Shown here: positions 58,317-64,000 of the stretch, one piece after another
Layout: each line of letters begins with the position of its first letter
Numbering within the stretch: the first letter of the stretch is position 1
NCBI GenBank assembly: GCA_900542325.1
Contig: UQMY01000004.1
Span: 179-64,178 of the forward strand
From: an uncultured Collinsella sp.
GTDB lineage: Bacteria; Actinomycetota; Coriobacteriia; Coriobacteriales; Coriobacteriaceae
Direction of reading: 5' to 3'
Length of the DNA: 64,000 nt
Position numbers and translations under genes: made by a program
The notes under the pieces: generated by a model
Seen by the model: the letters and a program-made list of their open reading frames with translations, nothing else
What the model was told of the DNA's origin: nothing
Databases searched by the model: none

Positions 58317-58820
58317 CTATGGATTGGCAACACTTATTTGGACGATTCCGGGAGGGACGGCCCCGCCTCCCTGAACTCGACCGGCGACATGTAGCCCAGC
58401 GTCGAGTGGATCCTGAAGTTGTTGTACCAGTGCACGTAATCCAAGAGCTTGGCTCGGAGCTCGCGCGTCCCTCCTCGGTCCTTCGGAGTGGCCGACGATC
58501 TCCCCGTTGCAGAGGTCGACGAGCAGGCAGACGTAGTTCCACGACGCCCCGACGCGCACGCAGGCCAAGTCGCTGCATATATGGGTGCACGGCGCCCTGC
58601 CGCCGAAGCCGCGCGCGACGACGTTCGACACGTCGGCCTCGTTGACCGCCCCGGGGTGCACCTTGAACCTCTTCCTGCCGTATGCGCCGGCCAGGCCGTT
58701 CTCCCTCATGATGCGGCAGACGCGGCGCCGGCTGACGGTAACGCCCGACCTCCCGGGCGACGCCTTGATCTTGCGCGATCCGTTCCGGCCCTTGCTGGCG
58801 GCGTGCGCCGCCGCGGCCGC
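58317..58820 (-). mobile_element. IS3-family transposase OrfB remnant. It is internally deleted and frame-disrupted, with no orfA and no complete DDE core.
   Basis: The minus-strand translation contains ...RRRVCRIMRENGLAGAYGRKRFKVHPG...WNYVCLLVDLCNGEIVGHS..., the IS3 OrfB N-terminal region. This joins in a shifted frame to ...AKLLDYVHWYNNFRIHSTLGYMSPVEFRE*, the IS3 OrfB C-terminal end. The central DDE portion is missing. Confidence 0.7.
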
Positions 58821-59109
58821 CGTCGCCCCCGACATTAAGGTCCTCAAGGGCCGCGTCGTCTCCGGCGACCAGTTCGTCTCGCCCGCGGAACAGAAGGAGC
58901 GAATCCTCGCGGCCTTCGGCGACCTGTGCTGCGAGATGGAGGGCTGCACCATCGCGCAGGCCTCCTATCTCAACGGCGTGCCCCTCGTCGTCGTGCGCGC
59001 CATCAGCGACAAGCCCTGCGCCGAGGGCCGGGTCGTCGACTACAACACCTTCGAGAAGAAGGCCGCCTGCGACTGCGCCCGCATCGCCGCGCGCATGGTT
59101 AAGCTTTAG
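58800..59109 (+). pseudogene. mtnN: 5'-methylthioadenosine/S-adenosylhomocysteine nucleosidase (MtnN/Pfs) C-terminal fragment.
   Basis: ...GRVVSGDQFVSPAEQKERILAAFGDLCCEMEGCTIAQASYLNGVPLVVVRAISD... matches the MtnN C-terminal 100 aa (SGDQFV, EMEG..IAQ, VP.VVVRAISD). No N-terminal half is present upstream. Confidence 0.7.
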
Positions 59110-59302
59110 GCCCGGCGCGCCGGGGCCCTTTCCAAAGCGAAGTGTCGAGCCGAAGTGTTGAGCGTCGGCCCTGAATGTTCAATGGCCGTTGTTTTCTGCC
59201 CCTCAAGTGGTGGACTTTTCCTCGGAGCTGTTGATTCCCCCACGCGCCCCCTTCCGTTCTCTGTTCTCCCCTTATACTCCTTGTACGAGGAGGTAAGAAG
59301 TC

Positions 59303-62044
59303 ATGGACAAGACCACACAGGACAGCTTGGCAAAGAAACCCGTCGACATGAGGGACAGGATTCTCGAGCATCTCGAGGCCCTCACCTCTGCCGTCTCGCT
59401 CGACGACCTTGCCCGTCTGTCCACCTCCGACATCGCCGAGACGCTCATCATCTCCAGGAGCCTGGCGAGCCAGTACCTCAACGACCTTGTTCGCGCCGGT
59501 CTTGTGGTTAAGGTGGCGGGCAGGCCTGTCCGTTATTTTCATCGCCGCGCGTTCCAGAAGCGTTTTCAGGTAAAGCTCTCTGCAAGCGAGTATGCCTCGC
59601 TCGCCGACCTCATCCAGGCGACGGGAATCGCCGATCACCGCGACTTCGCGCGTGCCGTGGGCTTCGACATGAGCCTCAGCTCCGTTGTCGAGCAGTGCAA
59701 GGCTGCGGTTCAGTACCCTCCGTTTGGCCTGCCCATCCTCTTGAGCGGCGGCGTGGGTGTCGGTAAGTCTTTCCTTTCTCGCCTTGTGTACGAGTACGGC
59801 AAGAACCAGGGCTTGCTGTCCCGCGACTCCTCCTATGTGCGCATCGACTGCGCCGGGGTCCCGGACGCCGCCTCGTTCAACGGGCTTCTTGACGAGTCGA
59901 TCGCGAAAGCGCGCGGGGGTGTGGTCTTTGTCAACGGCATCGAGGCACTCTCTCCCTCTGCGATGGAGCACTGCCTTGCGACGGCCCTCGGGCTCGATGC
60001 CTCCCAGGATGCGCCGCGCGCTCGCCTCGTTCTTTCGACGACGCTTTCCGCCGATGACCTGAAGGTTTCCTCGGCCTACAGCAAAATGCCCATCTGTGCC
60101 CGCGTCCCCTCACTCAAGGAGCGGACCCCCGAGGAGCGCGAGGATCTCATCTTGAGCTTCCTGCGCAGCGAGGGGTGCCGAATCGGTTCTGATGTGAAGA
60201 TCAGCCGCGGCGCATACCGTTGCCTCGTGAACGCGGACTTTTCCGATAACATCGCCGGCTTGCGCGCCTGCGTGACGAACTGCTGTGCCAAAGCGTTCCT
60301 CAATCGCGAGGGCGACTACGTCGTCGTTCGCCCGTATCTTCTTCCCAGCGGGCTCCTCTCCTCCGCGCAGATCGATCAACAGCCCGACGATGGCGTTCTG
60401 ATCGACGCGTCTCTGGATGCCGCCGAGAGCACAGGGCCGGTCGAGCAGGCGCTCGATGCCCTGTGCTCCCTCGATGAGCGATTCTGCGCCGGGGAGCTCT
60501 CTGTCTCCGAGCTTGTCTCGCAAGCTGTCTCCGCTGTGCGCGGCGTTGAGGATCACTTGATCTTCGACCACGGCGTCGCCTCCTCGAGGTCGCGCGCCTT
60601 CGAGCGCGTCGTGGGCGCGGTCCTTGCCGACGCAGGCTCTTCTTATGGCATCGAGCTTTCGAGGAAGGTCGCTTTTCTACTGGCCCAGGAGATTTGCCTG
60701 CAGTTGTGGCCGGGTATCGGCCTGGCTAAGCGAAAGTCTGCCTGTGCGGAGCAAATCTCCCATCTCCTCGGTGCCGTGACCTCCGAATTGCCGTTTGCCT
60801 CGAGTGTCTCCGATCAGGTCGCCGCAGACGTGGAAGGGGCGCTGGGAATCTCGCTCGATCACTTCACGAAGACGCTTCTGACGCTGTGCGTCGCATCGGA
60901 GTCTCGCGATGCGAAGGCCCTTCGGACGCTCTGCGTCATCTTGTCCCACGGCTACTCAACGGCGACGAGCATCGCCGACGCGGCGAACCGTATGCTCGGC
61001 ATGCATGTGTACGAGGCTGTCGACATGCCCTACGACCAGCAGCTGAAGGACATCGTCGGTCCGCTCCAGCGCCTCGTCGACCGCCATTCCTACTGCACCG
61101 GGGTCGTGTTCCTCGTCGACATGGGCTCCTTGGAGGAGGCCTATAAGGCCCTCGAGAACGTTACCGACTCCACTATCGGCGTGGTGAACAACGTCTCTAC
61201 CGGTCTTGCGCTCGAGATCGGGGTCGGGCTGCTCGGCGGCAAGTCCATCGCCGAGGTTCTTGGCGATGCGACCGCCGCGTGCGTGACGCACTGCAAGGTG
61301 ATCGAGCGCGTCAACCGTGAGGACGCCATCGTCTTCTGCTCCGAGTCCGGGGTCGACGCCGCGGAGAGGATACGCCAGCTCGTCTCGCAGAGCCTCCCGC
61401 GCACCATAGGCGCGCGCCTGCTCACGAGGCCCTTCAAGCAGCTCGTCGCGAACGGGTCGAACGACGCCGTTTTCTCCGAGCACCGCGTCTGCGCCGTCAT
61501 CGGCACGGGAGACCCCGGGGTCGCCTCCGTCCCCTTCGTCGCCCTCGAGGACATCATGTCGACGGCGTCCGCCTCTAAGGTTGATGCCGTGTTCGGCAGG
61601 TGGCTTGACGCTTCCGAGCTCTCTTCTTTCCACGAGAAGCTGCTCTCGAACATGACGCTGCAGAACGTCATCCGCTCCATCACCATCCTCGACCCGGAGC
61701 GGCTATTCCATGAGATCGAGAGCGCCGTGCACGAGCTTCAGCGCAGGACAGGCGAGAAGATCGGCAGCAACGCCATCATTGGGCTCTACGTTCACCTCTG
61801 CTGTCTCGTCGAGCGCCTTGTTACCAGAAACCCCATTGAGACCTACGTTGGCCAGGACCGCTTCGAGGAGGAACGCGCCGATTTCATCGAGTCCTTCAGG
61901 CAGAGCTTCTCGAGCATCTCGACGCGCTATCGCGTAGAGGTTCCCGTAAGCGAGATCGCATATGTCTTCGACTACATAAGCGTGAGCGCCGCCCCGGCGC
62001 GAGAAGAGCGCCTCGGCTCCTCGGACCTCCTGCTCGACGAGTGA
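59303..62044 (+). CDS. PRD-containing transcriptional regulator, LevR-like, with an N-terminal wHTH and an apparently degenerate AAA+ domain.
   Basis: 913 aa with an N-terminal winged HTH, then Walker A GGVGVGKS. The sigma-54-interaction GAFTGA region is not recognisable. The C-terminal two-thirds has PRD- and EII-like regulatory domains. The gene lies immediately upstream of a mannose-family PTS operon. Confidence 0.6.
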   Translation: MDKTTQDSLAKKPVDMRDRILEHLEALTSAVSLDDLARLSTSDIAETLIISRSLASQYLNDLVRAGLVVKVAGRPVRYFHRRAFQKRFQVKLSASEYASLADLIQATGIADHRDFARAVGFDMSLSSVVEQCKAAVQYPPFGLPILLSGGVGVGKSFLSRLVYEYGKNQGLLSRDSSYVRIDCAGVPDAASFNGLLDESIAKARGGVVFVNGIEALSPSAMEHCLATALGLDASQDAPRARLVLSTTLSADDLKVSSAYSKMPICARVPSLKERTPEEREDLILSFLRSEGCRIGSDVKISRGAYRCLVNADFSDNIAGLRACVTNCCAKAFLNREGDYVVVRPYLLPSGLLSSAQIDQQPDDGVLIDASLDAAESTGPVEQALDALCSLDERFCAGELSVSELVSQAVSAVRGVEDHLIFDHGVASSRSRAFERVVGAVLADAGSSYGIELSRKVAFLLAQEICLQLWPGIGLAKRKSACAEQISHLLGAVTSELPFASSVSDQVAADVEGALGISLDHFTKTLLTLCVASESRDAKALRTLCVILSHGYSTATSIADAANRMLGMHVYEAVDMPYDQQLKDIVGPLQRLVDRHSYCTGVVFLVDMGSLEEAYKALENVTDSTIGVVNNVSTGLALEIGVGLLGGKSIAEVLGDATAACVTHCKVIERVNREDAIVFCSESGVDAAERIRQLVSQSLPRTIGARLLTRPFKQLVANGSNDAVFSEHRVCAVIGTGDPGVASVPFVALEDIMSTASASKVDAVFGRWLDASELSSFHEKLLSNMTLQNVIRSITILDPERLFHEIESAVHELQRRTGEKIGSNAIIGLYVHLCCLVERLVTRNPIETYVGQDRFEEERADFIESFRQSFSSISTRYRVEVPVSEIAYVFDYISVSAAPAREERLGSSDLLLDE

Positions 62045-62167
62045 CCTTCCCCGCGCCGCCGCAAGCTGACCGCGCGTCCTCAATAATCCGATAACCCCTT
62101 GCCCGGCGCGAATCCGGATAGCGCCGAGGCGGTACCGAACGTAAAACTTCATTTGATAGGAGCAAAC

Positions 62168-62641
62168 ATGAGTGTTGTTATGGCACGAATCGACAATCGC
62201 CTGCTTCACGGCATCATCGTGACGCAGTGGGCCCCGGTGTCGGGCGCGACCCGAGTCATGGTCATCGACGACAAGGTCGCCGGCGACGAGGTCCTGAAGT
62301 CCACCATGAGGATGGCGCGCCCCGCGGGCATGGCCGTTTCGATCATCTCCGAGCAGACCGCGCTCAAGAACTTCGCCGCGGGCAAGTACGACCGCGAGAA
62401 GGTCTTCGTCATCGCCAAGGAGCCCGAGACGATGCTTCGCCTGGTCGAGTCGGGCGTCGAGCTCCCGTCGCTGGTCGTCGGCGGCTCGCTCGTCAAGGAG
62501 GACGGCATCCAGCTCACCCAGCGCGCCTACGCCTCCGCCGAGAACGTCCAGAGCTACAAGGCGCTCATCGCCCGTGGCGTCAAGGTGACGGCCCAGTTCG
62601 TGCCCGCCGACAAGCCCGTCTCCGTCGCAGACCTCATCTAA
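62168..62641 (+). CDS. PTS mannose/fructose/sorbose family EIIB component.
   Basis: MSVVMARIDNRLLHGIIVTQW... contains the phospho-His motif. Confidence 0.85.
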   Translation: MSVVMARIDNRLLHGIIVTQWAPVSGATRVMVIDDKVAGDEVLKSTMRMARPAGMAVSIISEQTALKNFAAGKYDREKVFVIAKEPETMLRLVESGVELPSLVVGGSLVKEDGIQLTQRAYASAENVQSYKALIARGVKVTAQFVPADKPVSVADLI

Positions 62642-62650
62642 GGGGGAAAT

Positions 62651-63436
62651 ATGGTCAACTTCACTATCCTGCAGGTCGTCCTTTTGACCCTGCTGGCCTT
62701 CATCAAGCACGTGGACTACTACGGCATCCCGATGATCTTCGTCAATTACGCCGTTTTCTGGGGCCTCATCACCGGAGTCGTCATGGGCGACTGGAAGACC
62801 GGCCTTGTCATCGGCGGCACCATTCAGCTCATGCAGCTCGGCGTCGCGGGCTTCGGCGGCTCCTCCATTCCCGACTACGGCACGATGGCCATCATCGCCA
62901 CCGCCTACGGCGTGACCCTGGGCTCCGACACGGGCCTCGCCATCGGCCTGCCGGTCGGCATGCTCGGCATCCAGCTCGACGTCGTCGCCAAGATCCTCAA
63001 CGGCTTTGTCGTCGAGAAGTCCCAGAAGTTCTGCAACGAGGGTAAGTTCAATCAGATGAACGCCATCCTGTGGGTCTGCCCCGCGCTCTTCGGCCTGTGC
63101 GCCGCCCTGCCCGTCTTTGTCTCCGTGACGCTCGGCCAGCCCGCCGTCAACTGGCTCCTCGAGGTCATGCCCCAGTGGTTCCTCTCCGGCCTCACCCTCG
63201 CCGGCAAGATGCTCCCGGCCGTCGGTATCGCCATGCTGCTCCGCTACATGCCAACCGCCAAGTACTTCCAGTACCTGCTCGCCGGCTTCTTCCTCTCGGC
63301 CTTCCTGAACGTGCCCATCATCGGCGCCGCCATCGTCGGCGTTGCCCTCGCGATTGCGTTCTACCAGCGTGCCGAGAGGGACACCGAGCTCGCCGCCCAC
63401 GCTTCCGCAGACGCCTTCATCGGAGAGGATGAGTAA
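62651..63436 (+). CDS. PTS mannose/fructose/sorbose family EIIC component.
   Basis: Multi-TM protein. The GGTIQLMQLGVAGFGGSSIPD segment is typical of ManY/LevF. Confidence 0.85.
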   Translation: MVNFTILQVVLLTLLAFIKHVDYYGIPMIFVNYAVFWGLITGVVMGDWKTGLVIGGTIQLMQLGVAGFGGSSIPDYGTMAIIATAYGVTLGSDTGLAIGLPVGMLGIQLDVVAKILNGFVVEKSQKFCNEGKFNQMNAILWVCPALFGLCAALPVFVSVTLGQPAVNWLLEVMPQWFLSGLTLAGKMLPAVGIAMLLRYMPTAKYFQYLLAGFFLSAFLNVPIIGAAIVGVALAIAFYQRAERDTELAAHASADAFIGEDE

Positions 63437-63438
63437 CC

Positions 63439-64000
63439 ATGGAAAACGAGAACATCACCGCCGTCGCTGAGGGCAAGCCCTCCGGCTACAAGGTCACCAA
63501 GAAGGACCTGCGCAACGCGAACTGGCGCTGGCTCATGAGCGTGTGCACCTTCAACTACCAGACCCAGCAGGGCGCCTCAGTCGCCTACGCCCTCTCGCCG
63601 GTCCTGAGGAAGATCTACACGAACGACGAGGACTATAAGCAGGCGCTCAACAACCACTTCCGCTACTACAACACCCAGCCTTGGCTCGCCGCCATCATCC
63701 TTGGCGCCTGCGTGGCCATGGAGGAGCGCGACGGCCTAGCGGCGGCGGACGCCGTCCAAGACCTGAAGATCGGCACCATGGGACCGCTCGCCGGCGTCGG
63801 CGACTCCCTGCTCATGACCATGATCCCGACCATCATGGGCTCCATCGCCGCCTACATGGCCATCGAGGGCAACCCCGTGGGAGCCGGCATCTGGTTCGCG
63901 CTCATCCTGGCCATCTTCTGGGTCCGCATGCACGCCCTCGAGTTCGGCTACAAGCAGGGCGTGAAGCTCGTCACCGACTTCAGCGAGAAGCTTCCCAACC
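63439..64000 (+). CDS. PTS mannose/fructose/sorbose family EIID component, running off the window end.
   Basis: ...KKDLRNANWRWLMSVCTFNYQTQQGASVAYAL... matches the ManZ/LevG N-terminus. Confidence 0.85.
   Translation, partial: MENENITAVAEGKPSGYKVTKKDLRNANWRWLMSVCTFNYQTQQGASVAYALSPVLRKIYTNDEDYKQALNNHFRYYNTQPWLAAIILGACVAMEERDGLAAADAVQDLKIGTMGPLAGVGDSLLMTMIPTIMGSIAAYMAIEGNPVGAGIWFALILAIFWVRMHALEFGYKQGVKLVTDFSEKLPN

Noticed and set aside
62045-62167. A search for a sigma-54 -24/-12 promoter (TGGCAC-N5-TTGCA) upstream of the mannose-PTS EIIB gene, as expected for LevR-type activators.
   Set aside because: No convincing match was found. Only TTGCC occurs, with no properly spaced GG. It is therefore not annotated as a feature.

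Overview
The window is a high-GC Actinobacteria-type chromosomal segment, Coriobacteriia-like in gene content. It holds the core transcription and translation loci: rplJ-rplL, galU, rpoB-rpoC, rpsL-rpsG-fusA-rpsJ, and rplC through rplX. A complete type II fatty-acid synthesis cluster (birA, fabH, acpP, fabK, fabD, fabG, fabF, accB, fabZ, accC, and a fused accD/accA) sits between rpsJ and rplC. The 5' third carries accessory genes on the minus strand: a truncated metallophosphoesterase, a BMP-like fusion protein, MscS, an LAXTG-anchored 5'-nucleotidase, a COG2984/4120/1101 ABC transporter, a WYL regulator, asnS and crr. It also carries an esterase, feoAB, an MFS transporter, a GH13 hydrolase, a deoxyinosine glycosylase and an aminotransferase on the plus strand. 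The 3' end carries an IS3-transposase remnant, a truncated mtnN, a LevR-like regulator and a mannose-family PTS operon that runs off the window. All annotation is by eye from the translations. No CRISPR array, rRNA or tRNA was seen.

The most interesting signals are non-coding. Family 1 is a set of three diverged copies of a ~135-nt element, each with a 34-36 bp near-perfect outer stem and a covarying inner hairpin. The copies lie upstream of the rplJ, rpsL and rplC operons. Family 2 is a ~170-250-nt module present in two copies, beginning at the stop codons of the esterase gene and of rpoC. It shows compensatory changes in three helices and precedes feoAB and an ECF sigma factor gene. Two terminators 3 kb apart share an identical 29-nt hairpin. 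The ribosomal-protein supercluster is broken twice: once by the fatty-acid synthesis cluster and once by an IS remnant after rplX. Ribosomal protein L24 carries an unusual Cys4 zinc-ribbon substitution. RpoC carries a C-terminal extension resembling the RNA polymerase alpha-subunit C-terminal domain.
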